Shown here piece by piece: positions 1 to 9,550 of a stretch of 64,000 bases of DNA. The stretch is from an uncultured Chloroflexia bacterium (GTDB lineage Bacteria; Chloroflexota; Limnocylindria; Limnocylindrales; CSP1-4), in the NCBI GenBank assembly GCA_963770795.1, contig CAVYQR010000006.1:2329-66328 (forward strand). Direction: 5' to 3'. How positions within the stretch are numbered: position 1 is the first letter of the stretch; each line of letters starts with the position of its first letter. The notes below the pieces were generated by a model. That model was not told where the DNA came from and made no database searches. It was given only the letters and a program-made list of their open reading frames with translations. Both the position numbers and the translations under genes were made by a program.

Positions 1-177
1 CTGACCAGCAACCGGGGCTTCGGCGACTGGGGAGCGGTGTTCGCCGACCAGACCGTCGCCACGGCCATCCTCGACCGGCTCCTGCACCACGCCACGGTCG
101 TCAACATCAAGGGCTCGTCCTACCGGATGCGCGCCCACGTCCCGTCAGGCAGGGAGGGTTCGCCTATGCTCGGCTGA
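1..177 (+). CDS. istB: IS21-family helper ATPase IstB, C-terminal part (runs off the window start)
   Basis: Frame 1 translates LTSNRGFGDWGAVFADQTVATAILDRLLHHATVVNIKGSSYRMR, the typical IstB C-terminus; TGA at 175-177. Confidence 0.9.
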   Translation: MTSNRGFGDWGAVFADQTVATAILDRLLHHATVVNIKGSSYRMRAHVPSGREGSPMLG

Positions 178-236
178 CGCCGATCGCCTCTGCACTTTTC
201 GCGGCGATCTCTCTGCATGTTTCGTGCTCGCTCACA
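1..236 (+). mobile_element. IS21-family insertion sequence, right end
   Basis: istB followed by two related repeats (gatcgcctctgcacttttcg / gatctctctgcatgtttcg) and a terminal ...CTCACA at 236; IS21 ends carry multiple binding repeats and end in CA. Confidence 0.75.
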
Positions 237-536
237 CGCGCCCCGCCACGCCCAGCCGACGGCGACCCCGACCGCAAGCGGCAGGCCGAAGAACAGGGCG
301 ATCAGCGGGGCGCCGAGCAGGTGTGGGGCCCAAGTCCTCGCACCACTGTCGTCTGGGAGGTCGTGTCCGACGACGTAGTAGAGCCAGGGTAAGGCGACAA
401 CGATTCCCATCGTCAGCAGCCCGAGAAGGAATCGACGGGGTGCGGATCTGCTCTTGGCTTTCGCGGAAGCCGACGCCGCCGCGGCATCGTTGCTCGGGGC
501 CGTCCCTATCATCGCACCCGGAGGGACGATCGACAT
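237..536 (-). pseudogene. Small two-TM membrane protein gene interrupted at its 3' end by IS21
   Basis: ORF 120..536 has two hydrophobic segments; after ...WAWRGA it reads into the IS21 terminal repeat. Confidence 0.45.
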
Positions 537-779
537 CTCCGCCTCCTCTGCCAGTGGATGCAGCCGACGTCAGTCCAACACTTCGATCATGCCGGCTTGT
601 TGGCGCGTCGAGCGCGGATGCCCACCACCTTGTCTCCGAATGGCCGGGTTGGCGAGTGTCGAATGGCCCCCGGATGCTCGGGGCGCCACCTCCCTCGCCG
701 GGCCCCGGCTCCTGGGCGAGGCTGCCCCAGCGGGCCTCGCACCCAAACCCTCAACCAAGTCTGCGGGCGAGGACCAGCC

Positions 780-803
780 TGGCGCGCCCGGAGGGATTCG
801 AAC
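780..803 (-). repeat. 24-bp copy of the tRNA-Arg 3' end (att-like site)
   Basis: tggcgcgcccggagggattcgaac is identical to 3510-3533. Confidence 0.9.
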
Positions 804-1127
804 GCACGCCACCAACCATCGTGATCGAGGGCGTCAAGGAGCTGGTCGAGGGCCTCAGGGCGACGTAGCCGGGAGGCCAGCCGGACGAACTGCGATGAGT
901 TGGCCGGGGCAGGAGGGCTAGCGCCGACACAATCCAACTGTTGGTGAGGATCGAGATCGAGGTTGCGCCCGCCCCACGACGAGCACACTCTGCCTGGCCC
1001 ACGCGGTTGACTGCCGTCAGTCGCCTCTGCAATGGGCGATCGGCTCTTCCAGCCAGGGGAACCCTTGCTTCAACGTGTCGGCCTGCTGGTCGGTTCTGGT
1101 GTCGGAGACGCAAGCGCGCCCTGCCGG

Positions 1128-1691
1128 TCATTGGACGAACCGGAGCAGTACCAGCGACACGACGACTGTCACCGCCGCCGGGATTAGTAGGACGAGGTGC
1201 GAGATACTCCCGAGAACATCGCCGGCATGCCGATCAACCCAGTCGCTGTGATAGGAGAGCCGGTCGACGACAGTCCATGCCAACTCATCGACCCCCCAGC
1301 ACAGGAACCACCCGCCGACCAGCCCAACCGGAGTCGCGACGAGAGCAACCTTGGCCGGGAGATCGAGCAGCAAGCACAACACGAAGAGGGCGATGCCCAC
1401 GACCACGGCGATCGGAAATGCGACGAAGAAGAGGGCGAAGATGTCGTTCGTCTGTGGTCTTCGCTGGCCTTTCGGGCGTTGCGAGAGTGGCAGCACCGCG
1501 ATGCGGGCCCACTCCGCGTGCGTCTCGGCGATCTCTTCGTCCGAAGGCAGCTCCAGACCGCGTCGCCGGATCTGATCAGCGGGCACCGGCGCCCGCTTCG
1601 GAGTCGGTCCGAGCGCACCGCCACAGATCGAGCACACGACGAGAGCGGCGCTCGGCGGACTCCACCCCCCACATTTGGTGCACGTCGGCAT
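1128..1691 (-). CDS. Hypothetical membrane protein with N-terminal zinc-ribbon-like CxxC...CxxC
   Basis: MPTCTKCGG...VCSICGG followed by three hydrophobic helices; start chosen at the internal ATG. Confidence 0.55.
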   Translation of the reverse strand: MPTCTKCGGWSPPSAALVVCSICGGALGPTPKRAPVPADQIRRRGLELPSDEEIAETHAEWARIAVLPLSQRPKGQRRPQTNDIFALFFVAFPIAVVVGIALFVLCLLLDLPAKVALVATPVGLVGGWFLCWGVDELAWTVVDRLSYHSDWVDRHAGDVLGSISHLVLLIPAAVTVVVSLVLLRFVQ

Positions 1692-1851
1692 GGGCGACTC
1701 GCTTCGCGCACGAATGGGCGGCGGGACCGCGACAGGATGGATCGGTTGCCACCATCTCAAATCTCGTCCGCCGCCGCCAGGCTCGCAAGGGCCGTTCGGA
1801 CCCGCACCACGTTCGGCCCGGACCGAACCCCATGGCATCGGCGAAGGCCCG

Positions 1852-2100
1852 CGCTGGCTGGAGCGGCAGCCCGCGACCACCAGCATCGCGGCGCTGCAGG
1901 ACCGGCTCGACGCCTTCCGCGAGGTCTACAACGAGCACCGGCCGCACCGGGCGATCGAGAGGCGGACACCCGGCGAGGCGTACCGGGCGACACCGAAGGC
2001 GCTGCCGTCGGGACCCGCCTCGCGGGGCCACTTCCGCCTCCGCTACGACACCACCGACAGCAAGGGCGCCATGACCCTGCGGCGGGCGGGCCGTCTGCAG
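1852..2100 (+). pseudogene. Remnant of an IS481-family transposase (C-terminal fragment)
   Basis: RWLERQPA...LDAFREVYNEHRPHRAIERRTPGEAYRATPKALPSG...GHFRLRYDTTD closely parallels the C-terminus of the 2266..3453 transposase; no N-terminus or IS ends. Confidence 0.85.
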
Positions 2101-2178
2101 CGCCGTGCGCCGGCCTTCTGGGATCTCACTCCGCGTGACGCCCGCAGGATCCGCCTGGCGACGTAGGTCGCGCGGTTC

Positions 2179-2193
2179 TGGCGCGCCCGGAGG
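2179..2193. repeat. 15-bp target-site duplication of IS481 (second copy 3510-3524), equal to the tRNA-Arg 3' terminus
   Basis: TGGCGCGCCCGGAGG abuts both ends of the IS exactly. Confidence 0.85.
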
Positions 2194-3509
2194 TGTCTGA
2201 GTTCACGACATAGGTGACACCTGATAGGGCACACCTGAGTCGGGACATGCGTGACAGTCCGGGGCATGTCGAAGCACCGGGTGGCCGTCCTCAAGGTCGT
2301 CTCATCGCAGCTGTCCGTCACCGCCGCAGCGGAGGAGTACGGGATCAGCCGCGGGCACCTGCACCGTCTCCTGCGGCGGTACCGTGCCGGCGGCCTTGAC
2401 GATCTGGAGCCGCGGTCCCGGCGGCCGCACACCAGCCCGCAGGGAACATCCGACGACGTCCGCGGCCGGATCGTCGCCCTCCGGACGGAGCTCGCCGCGA
2501 GCGGACTCGACGCCGGACCCGCCACCATCGCCTGGCACCTCGGGCGCGAGGGCCTGCCGGTCCCGGCGGTGTCCACCATCCGCCGGATCCTCCATGCCGC
2601 CGGGCTCGTCGTCCCCCAGCCGCACAAGCGGCCCAGGAGCTCCTGGATCCGCTTCGAGGCCGCCGCGCCCAACGGGGTGTGGCAGTCGGACTTCACCCAC
2701 TGGCGCCTCGCGGACGGGAGCGGGGTGGAGATCTGCTCCTGGCTCGACGACCACTCGCGGTACCTGCTGGGCTGCACCGTGTTCCGGCGGGTCGGCGGCG
2801 ACGACGTGGTGGCCACGTTCACCGCGGCCGGCGACGTCTGGGGCTGGCCAGCCGCCACGCTCACCGACAACGGGACGGTGTACACGGCGCGCTTCACCGG
2901 CGGGCGCAACGGCCTGGAGCACCTGCTCGCGTACCTCGGCATCCGCCAGAAGAACGGCACGCCCGGCCACCCCCAGACCCAGGGCAAGATCGAGCGCTTC
3001 CACCAGACCCTCAAGCGCTGGCTGGGACGGCAGCCGGCGGCTCGGGATCTGGACGAGCTGCAGGCCCAGCTCGACGCCTTCCGCCTCGCCTACAACGAGC
3101 AGCGGCCGCACCGGGCGATCGGCCGCCGGACCCCGGGCGAGGCGTACCGGGCGACGCCGAAGGCGCTGCCCTCGGCCCCCGTGGGTCGGGGCCACTTCCG
3201 GCTCCGGTACGACACCACCGACAAGAAGGGCGCGATCAGCCTGCGGCGGGCCGGACGGATGCACCACCTGCGGATCGGCGCGGCCCACGCCGGTCGCCGG
3301 GTCCTCGCCATCGTCGACGAGCGCGAGGTCACGGTCGTCGCCCTCGACACCGGTGAGGTCCTCTCGAGCCACCGGATCGAGCCCGACAAGGGGTACTGGC
3401 GCAACATGCGACGAGACCCCGGCCGATGGCCGGGGTCCCCGATGACCGGATGACCACAGGTGTCGCCTATGTCGCGACTCATGTGTCACCGATGTCGCGA
3501 CTCATGACA
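2194..3509 (+). mobile_element. Intact IS481-family insertion sequence (1316 bp)
   Basis: TGT...ACA ends; imperfect inverted repeats (left tgtctgagttcacgacataggtgacac; right reverse complement tgtcatgagtcgcgacatcggtgacac) with internal repeats; single transposase ORF. Confidence 0.9.
2266..3453 (+). CDS. IS481-family DDE transposase
   Basis: N-terminal HTH; rve catalytic motifs WQSDFT, LTDNG, QGKIERFH; YNEQRPHRA. Confidence 0.95.
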   Translation: MSKHRVAVLKVVSSQLSVTAAAEEYGISRGHLHRLLRRYRAGGLDDLEPRSRRPHTSPQGTSDDVRGRIVALRTELAASGLDAGPATIAWHLGREGLPVPAVSTIRRILHAAGLVVPQPHKRPRSSWIRFEAAAPNGVWQSDFTHWRLADGSGVEICSWLDDHSRYLLGCTVFRRVGGDDVVATFTAAGDVWGWPAATLTDNGTVYTARFTGGRNGLEHLLAYLGIRQKNGTPGHPQTQGKIERFHQTLKRWLGRQPAARDLDELQAQLDAFRLAYNEQRPHRAIGRRTPGEAYRATPKALPSAPVGRGHFRLRYDTTDKKGAISLRRAGRMHHLRIGAAHAGRRVLAIVDEREVTVVALDTGEVLSSHRIEPDKGYWRNMRRDPGRWPGSPMTG

Positions 3510-3586
<77 letters not shown>

Positions 3587-3697
3587 GCGGCCCGCGAATG
3601 ATACCGCCACCGAGCGACGGGGCCCCACGGCGGTGTCCCACAGCAGTCATGCGCCGTTCGGCTTGCCGCCCGCACTTGGTTGCGGCACACTCCGCCG

Positions 3698-4633
3698 GTG
3701 CCCCATGACGCGCTGTACCTGGACGACAGGCCACGTCGACGCCCCCACGGGCGCCTGACGGCGGTCGCGTTTCTGGGCGCGCTTGCCGTTCTGCTGGCGT
3801 TGCCGGCCCCAGGGCCCACCGGACAGGTGCTGGACCTCGTGGGCAGTGACGGTGCCGCCGTCATCGGCCAGGAGCCCGCGCCCGCGCAGCCGCAGGTCCC
3901 CTCGGCCGGCGTTCCGGGGGCGGTGGCCGCGCCGTCACCTGGAGCGTCGCCCTCATTGCCCATCGAGAGTGAGGCCCCCACGGCACCCCCGATGGCGGAC
4001 CTGGTGGGCTATTCCTGGCCCATCGCCCACCCACGCCTCACGCTCCCCTTCGGCCCAACGGTCTGGGGCTCCCGCTGGGTGAACGGCGAGCGCTTTCACG
4101 ATGGCGTGGACCTCGCCACGTTCTGCGGCGACCGGGTGCTCGCCGCGCACTCCGGCACGGTGCTCACGGCCGGCCGCCACTTCGACGACTACATGGGCTG
4201 GGTCGGCGACCTTGGTCCGTACCTGAAGCGCCTGGAGCAGAAGAACCTCTGGAAGACGCTGCCCATCGTGGTCGTCATCGACGACGGGAACGGCTACCGC
4301 AGCGTCTACGCCCACTTCGGCAAGGTCACGGTCAAGAGCGGCCAGCAGGTTGAGGCAGGCCAGCTCCTCGGCTACGAAGGCGCCACCGGCCGCGCCTCGG
4401 GCTGCCACCTCCACTACGGCCTGTTCTCGCCCTGGGAGCAGGACACCATGGCGATCCGTGCGGACGTGGTGAAGCGGATGAAGGTGCCGAAGGCGGAGAT
4501 CGCCCGGATCGACCCGCTGCTGATCCTGCCGCCGAAACCCGGCATCAACGCGCCGAAGACTCCGAAGCCGACTCCATCCGGATCTGCGCCCACGCCCGCG
4601 TCCGTGCCGGACGCAACGGCCGGAAGCCGCTAG
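3698..4633 (+). CDS. M23-family metallopeptidase, secreted or anchored
   Basis: HDGVD, YAH and HLHY zinc motifs; N-terminal hydrophobic segment; start approximate. Confidence 0.9.
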   Translation: MPHDALYLDDRPRRRPHGRLTAVAFLGALAVLLALPAPGPTGQVLDLVGSDGAAVIGQEPAPAQPQVPSAGVPGAVAAPSPGASPSLPIESEAPTAPPMADLVGYSWPIAHPRLTLPFGPTVWGSRWVNGERFHDGVDLATFCGDRVLAAHSGTVLTAGRHFDDYMGWVGDLGPYLKRLEQKNLWKTLPIVVVIDDGNGYRSVYAHFGKVTVKSGQQVEAGQLLGYEGATGRASGCHLHYGLFSPWEQDTMAIRADVVKRMKVPKAEIARIDPLLILPPKPGINAPKTPKPTPSGSAPTPASVPDATAGSR

Positions 4634-6107
4634 CGTCGATCCGCCGGTACCGCCGCCCGACGAGGGACCACGCCGGCAGCCGTCCGAGCGCCTCCGCCAG
4701 GGATGGACCCGCGCCGCCGTCCCGTCGCTCGATGACCAGGGTCGCGGGCTTGTCGGCACCCGGTCGCGCGTCAACGCCCGTGAGGTCCACCACGACGCGC
4801 CCGGGCTCGGCCTCGCCGAGCTCCGCCAGCAGGGCCGGCGGCCACTCCGGCACGACGGACGCCGTCTCCGCGTGAACCTCGCGCTCGGCGCGCCAGCGAG
4901 GGCGGCGGAGCAGGATGGCCCGCCAGCCGTCGGCGACCTCGGTCGTGACGCATCCGTCTCCGGCGACCGGCGCCGCGGAGAGGTGCTCGCCGCGGGCCCA
5001 CAGCGCGGCCTGATGCAGGAGCGCGTACTCGTCCAGGTCCGCGAACGCGGAAAGCCGCTCCGCCGGCGACCCGTCACCGAACACCGCCCTGATGGACGGC
5101 GCGAAGACCTCGGCCAGGTCCAGGTCGATCGCCCGCACCGTCCGGTGCAGGTACACGTGCTGGTACATGAACAGCCGCGCCGTGAGGAACATCTCCAGCG
5201 CCCCGACGCCGGACTCGTAGAGCGTCAGCCCGCGCTCCGACACGAACGTGTAGCGGCGGAGGCGCTCCGCGTCCACCGGGCCCATCGACACGCCGGTGAG
5301 ATAGGCGTCCCGGCGCACGTAGTCCAGGTTGTCCACGGTGAACACGCCGGACAGGAGCGGCTGGAGCGTCCGGACCCAGCCGGGCATGGACGCGTCCACC
5401 AGCGGGGGCTTGGAGATGAGGAACGAGACCCAGCGCGGATCGATCGCCTCGCCGTCCGCGAACCGGTCCCGCTCCGCCACCGCACCCGGCGCCCGCCGCA
5501 GCGAGCGGATCAGCGGCCCCAGCTCCCGTTCGATGACAAGTTGCGAGAGGTCCTCGTGGGAGAGCGTCTTGGCGCCCGGCCGCCGCGGATCAACTGGAGC
5601 CGGGAAGCCGGCCAGGAACTGGTCGTCGAAGAAGTGGGCGAACGGGCCGTGCCCCACGTCGTGGAGGAGCCCGGCGATCCGCAGCGTCTCGGTGACGAGG
5701 CCCTCGGACGGGACGGCCTCCCCTGGCGCCAGGGCGGGAAGGGCGGCCCGGAGGGTGGGGTAGAGCGAGCGCGCCCAAAGGCCCGCCTCGTGCATCACGC
5801 CCAGGCCGTGGGTGAACCTGGAGTGCTCCGCGGTGGGGAAGACCCAACGGGCGCTCTGGAGCTGGCTGATCCGGCGCAGGCGCTGGACCCAGGCCGTATC
5901 GAGGAGGTCGTCCTCGGCCGCGTCCTCCACGTGGAGCCCGGCCGCGCGCGCTTCCGCCGGGGAGAGGCGCTTGGATAGCTCCACGTACCCGTGGATCGGG
6001 TCGCTGATGAGGTTGACGGCGGCGAAGAGCAGGCGGCGTCCGGTGCGATCGGCCGTGTCGGCCGTGTCGGCCGCTACGGCACCCAGATCCTCCTCGTGCT
6101 CGTCCAC
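4545..6107 (-). CDS. HD-domain phosphohydrolase (dNTP triphosphohydrolase, SAMHD1/YdhJ-like)
   Basis: DPIHG, QRLRRISQL, EHSRFTHGLG, LLHDVGHGPFAH, DNLDYVRRD motifs; both ends overlap neighbours, so boundaries are uncertain. Confidence 0.88.
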   Translation of the reverse strand: MDEHEEDLGAVAADTADTADRTGRRLLFAAVNLISDPIHGYVELSKRLSPAEARAAGLHVEDAAEDDLLDTAWVQRLRRISQLQSARWVFPTAEHSRFTHGLGVMHEAGLWARSLYPTLRAALPALAPGEAVPSEGLVTETLRIAGLLHDVGHGPFAHFFDDQFLAGFPAPVDPRRPGAKTLSHEDLSQLVIERELGPLIRSLRRAPGAVAERDRFADGEAIDPRWVSFLISKPPLVDASMPGWVRTLQPLLSGVFTVDNLDYVRRDAYLTGVSMGPVDAERLRRYTFVSERGLTLYESGVGALEMFLTARLFMYQHVYLHRTVRAIDLDLAEVFAPSIRAVFGDGSPAERLSAFADLDEYALLHQAALWARGEHLSAAPVAGDGCVTTEVADGWRAILLRRPRWRAEREVHAETASVVPEWPPALLAELGEAEPGRVVVDLTGVDARPGADKPATLVIERRDGGAGPSLAEALGRLPAWSLVGRRYRRIDASGFRPLRPARTRAWAQIRMESASESSAR

Positions 6108-6766
6108 GTCGAGAGGTTACCGCGCCGGTCGGCCGACTGGACGCGGAACGAGTACCAGTGCCCGTGCGCCCGCCGGTACAGGGTCAGCGCCCTGGCCGTC
6201 GTGTCGTTCCTGATCGTGCGCCACGTCCCGTTTCCCACCCGATACTGGACATCGAACGATCGCAGGCCGGCCGTGTGCGTCTGGAGCCTGCGGTCGGCAC
6301 CGGTCCAGGCGAACCGGATCGTCGTGCCGCTCCTGGTCAGCGAGACGTTCCGTGCGGTCGGGGCCGTGTGGTCCTTCGACTCCGAGAACACCACCGAGGC
6401 ATAGGTTGTCTGCGAGGCCGTCCGGTAGGCGAAGCTGATGCCCACGTAGTTGAACTTGGAGCTGAACATGATCGAGCGGTGGGTTGGGCTGCCCTTCCAG
6501 AGGGAGTAGATGTTGGCCGCCGCGCCGGTGCCCCACGGGTACGTGCTGGCGCCGATGATCTCGCCGTAGCGATACCACTGGACGCCGCGGGCGGTGAGCG
6601 CGCTCCCCACGTTGCCGCCGGCGGCAGCGTGCGACAGGGTGTTGGTGGCGACCATCCTGGCCGCGCGGTCCGCGGCGACAGACGTCAGCTTCGACCAGCT
6701 GCGGAGCGGGACGAGGCCCCGGGCCGCGCGATCCCGGTTGAGCCAGCTGAGCACCTTGGCGCTCAT
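6074..6766 (-). CDS. CAP/SCP-domain secreted protein with C-terminal FN3-like domain
   Basis: LNRDRAARGLVPL, GEIIG, WKGSPTHRSIM CAP motifs; a signal peptide (AAILAASLALLMMLGSL) lies upstream in another frame, so the true start is probably near 6940. Confidence 0.85.
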   Translation of the reverse strand: MSAKVLSWLNRDRAARGLVPLRSWSKLTSVAADRAARMVATNTLSHAAAGGNVGSALTARGVQWYRYGEIIGASTYPWGTGAAANIYSLWKGSPTHRSIMFSSKFNYVGISFAYRTASQTTYASVVFSESKDHTAPTARNVSLTRSGTTIRFAWTGADRRLQTHTAGLRSFDVQYRVGNGTWRTIRNDTTARALTLYRRAHGHWYSFRVQSADRRGNLSTWTSTRRIWVP

Positions 6767-7023
6767 GGCGCTTGCAGTGGAGGTCGTCGTCGCGGCTGCG
6801 GCCGGGGCCGGGCAGGCTGCCCAGCATCATCAGCAGGGCGAGGGACGCGGCGAGGATGGCGGCCGCGCGGCGGCGCGGGCGGCGGCGGGGGGCGCTCGGG
6901 GCGCCGGGGACGTGGGGGATGGCGACGGCAGCGATAACAAGTTCTCCGCTCAGACGCGCATGCGGGGTTGGCGGCGCGGCACCCCAACCCTACCAAACCC
7001 CACCAGACCCGTCCTCGGACGCC

Positions 7024-8049
7024 TCAGGGCGTCGGGTACCGCGCGGCCGCCCGGGCGTGCGTCGCGGCCACGTCGGCACGCAGCGCGGCGGGCGCCAGCA
7101 CCTCCACGTCGTCGCCCCAGGACAGGATCCAGAGGCGGATCTCCACCGTCCCGGAAACGGTGGCACGCCACTCGATCGACCCGTCCGGGGCCACGCCCAC
7201 GACCTGGCTCGGGTGCCAGGTCGCCTCCTGGACGCGGGCGGCGACGGACGGCGCGAACCGCAGGACGACCTCGGCCTGCGGCTGGTCCGCGATGATGTCC
7301 CACGCGCGCCGGAGCGTGTCGCCGATGGTCGGGGGTGGCCCCTCGAAGGTCCGCGGCAGGATCGTCAGGTCCAGGATCCGCTCCACCTTGAAGGTCCGGA
7401 TCGCCTCCCGGGTCTCGTCGTGGCCGATCAGGTACAGGGCGTGCGTCTGGAGCGACGGCTCCAGCAGGTAGGGCCGCACCTCGCGCCAGCTTGGCTCCTT
7501 CTCTCCGCCGTCATAGGCCGCGGGCGCATAGCGGAAGCGGACGACCCGCCGTTCGGCCCAGGCCCGGGTCAGGTCCTCCACGTGGCGGTTGAATCCATCG
7601 TCCACCGGCCGGCTGGAGAGGTCACCCAGCGTCCGCTCCACGTGCTCCCGGAGGGCGTCGGGCAGCCCGTCCTCCAGCTTGGTGAACGCGGACGAGAGGT
7701 TGGGGTCGTACTTGTCGGCATAGCGCGTCACCAGGCGGGCCGCCAGGAACACGGCCATCGCCTCGGGCAGCGTGAGGCGCAGCGGCGGCAGGAACGCCCC
7801 CTTCTCCACGCCCCACCGGCCACTCTCGCTCCAGAGCGGGATCTGCATCTCGTCCTCGAGCGCGTGCAGGTCCCGATACACGCTCCGCACGGACATGTTC
7901 GTACGGCGGGCGATCTCGGCCGGCCTGACGCCGGTCTCGCCGTGACCCTGGAGCACGCGGAGCACGCTGAGCAGCCGGGCCAGCCGGTCTCGCTTGCCCT
8001 CCAGGCGATCGCCGTCCGGCGGGTACTGGTCCGTACGGTCGTAAGTCAT
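7024..8049 (-). CDS. HTH-WYL-WCX transcriptional regulator (PafBC/DriD-like)
   Basis: N-terminal wHTH (SVRSVYRDLHALE), WYL-type segment (REVRPYLL...LYLIGHD...RTFKVERI), WCX tail (WILSWGDDVEVLAPAALR). Confidence 0.93.
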   Translation of the reverse strand: MTYDRTDQYPPDGDRLEGKRDRLARLLSVLRVLQGHGETGVRPAEIARRTNMSVRSVYRDLHALEDEMQIPLWSESGRWGVEKGAFLPPLRLTLPEAMAVFLAARLVTRYADKYDPNLSSAFTKLEDGLPDALREHVERTLGDLSSRPVDDGFNRHVEDLTRAWAERRVVRFRYAPAAYDGGEKEPSWREVRPYLLEPSLQTHALYLIGHDETREAIRTFKVERILDLTILPRTFEGPPPTIGDTLRRAWDIIADQPQAEVVLRFAPSVAARVQEATWHPSQVVGVAPDGSIEWRATVSGTVEIRLWILSWGDDVEVLAPAALRADVAATHARAAARYPTP

Positions 8050-8065
8050 GCGACGTCCCTCCTCG

Positions 8066-9250
8066 TCATCGCGTGGGTGGAACCACGGTGATGGGCAGCC
8101 CGCGGTCCACCGCGATCATCCTGAACCGGAGGCTCGCGAGGACCGCGTCCTCCGCGAGGTCGAGCGCCGGCCCGGAGATCTGCCCGTCCACCTGGCCAAG
8201 CTGGCCGTCGGCAAAGACCCAGAAGTCCACATGGCCGCGCCACCGGGAGAGGTCGGTCTGACCGACCAGCAGCTCGACCTGCGGCAGCGCGTCACGGATC
8301 ATCGTGCCGTCGGCCGCGATCCGGCAGGTCCGGGCGCGGGCTCCCTCGATGAACGCGATCCCGCGATCCTCGGCGACGGACCGGTTGGCGGGGGTCAGGG
8401 CGGCGAGGAGCAGCGTCCGATCGAGATCCACGCCGAGACCACGGCCGGCCCCGGCTACGGCCCACGGGTGGCCGGGCACCAGCTCCCAGGTCCGGTCGGA
8501 GATGCGCGCGATGCCGTGCTGGCCAAGGGTGAGCGGCGACGCCGCGAACCCGCTCCACCGGACGTCCGTGCCGCTCCGGACGCCGCGGATGGCCACCTGT
8601 CCCGCGAACGTGTCGTCCTGGGAGGAGTCCATCCGCAGCTCGATGACGGCCGTGGTGCCGTAGAGGATCACGCCGTTGCAGGGCGGCGGCTCCAGATCCG
8701 GGTCCGTGGGCCCGAATCTCGAGGCGATCGAGACGCGATTGCCCAGGGCGAGCTCGTTGACGATCGCCACGGCTGAGAAGACGCTGCCGGCGGCAAGGAC
8801 CATGGCAACGCCCAGCGCGGTGCCCAGCACGAGGCGCCGGCGTCGGAGCGCGTTGTCGCCCAGGCGTCGACGGGCCAGCCCAAGCCCGGCAAAGAGCCCA
8901 GTTGCGATCAGCGCGACGAGCCACGGGTAGGCAGCCTCCAGGGAGGGCATCAGCGTCTGTGGGCCCTGGCCGGTGAGCTGGCCCACGAGCCCGCCCAGGG
9001 ACGGGACGAGCAGGAGCATCGTGCCGATGGCAAGCCACGCGAGGGCGGCGAAGGCGCGGCCACCACGGGCGACCGGTGGCCAGATCAGGGCCGCGATGGC
9101 GATGAGCATTGGGCCGGCCGCCGCGACGCCCACCAGGGCGTCCATGGGACCACCCGGGCGGTAGCCGCCCAGGATCAGCCCGAACGCCGCCAGCCAGAGG
9201 CCGGTCAGCGCCACCGCCAGGATCCGCAGCTCGATCGTCCGTACACGCAC
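8066..9250 (-). CDS. Hypothetical multi-pass membrane protein with extracellular C-terminal domain
   Basis: About five TM segments followed by a soluble domain; GTG start 7 nt after a TAGACT -10-like box. Confidence 0.65.
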   Translation of the reverse strand: MRVRTIELRILAVALTGLWLAAFGLILGGYRPGGPMDALVGVAAAGPMLIAIAALIWPPVARGGRAFAALAWLAIGTMLLLVPSLGGLVGQLTGQGPQTLMPSLEAAYPWLVALIATGLFAGLGLARRRLGDNALRRRRLVLGTALGVAMVLAAGSVFSAVAIVNELALGNRVSIASRFGPTDPDLEPPPCNGVILYGTTAVIELRMDSSQDDTFAGQVAIRGVRSGTDVRWSGFAASPLTLGQHGIARISDRTWELVPGHPWAVAGAGRGLGVDLDRTLLLAALTPANRSVAEDRGIAFIEGARARTCRIAADGTMIRDALPQVELLVGQTDLSRWRGHVDFWVFADGQLGQVDGQISGPALDLAEDAVLASLRFRMIAVDRGLPITVVPPTR

Positions 9251-9377
9251 GAGACCGAGTCTACTCACCCGCAAAGTACCCGGTCCGGCGGGACCCCTGG
9301 GTCATGGGCGCCCGGGACCATCTCGCCTCATCATTGCCCCACTGCACCACGTTGCAGTGCCCACAACCGAACACCAC

Positions 9378-9461
9378 ACCGGTGGCGGTGGACTCCCTCC
9401 TCCCCCCGCCTCCGGTCAGCCCTCCGAAGCGACGCCGATCCTCCTCCCGGCGTCGCTTCGG
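9378..9461 (+). ncRNA. Candidate sRNA: two adjacent hairpins with CCTCCTCC(C) loops
   Basis: Hairpin 1 accgg-t-ggcgg...ccgcc-t-ccggt with ctccctcctccc loop; hairpin 2 perfect 14-bp stem ccgaagcgacgccg/cggcgtcgcttcgg with atcctcctcc loop. Confidence 0.5.
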
Positions 9462-9550
9462 CGTGTCCGGCGGCGCTCCGGAGGTCCGAGGCGCAACCCG
9501 CCTCCCGGTACACTTCCGCCGGAACGAAATGCTGAGGAGAACGAACACCC

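Noticed and set aside
870-1127. Possible small genes in the island remnant
   Set aside because: No convincing ORF with recognisable motifs
3451-3509. Short direct repeats resembling a mini-CRISPR
   Set aside because: They are transposase-binding repeats of the IS481 right end; there are no spacers or cas genes, and no CRISPR array was seen anywhere in the window
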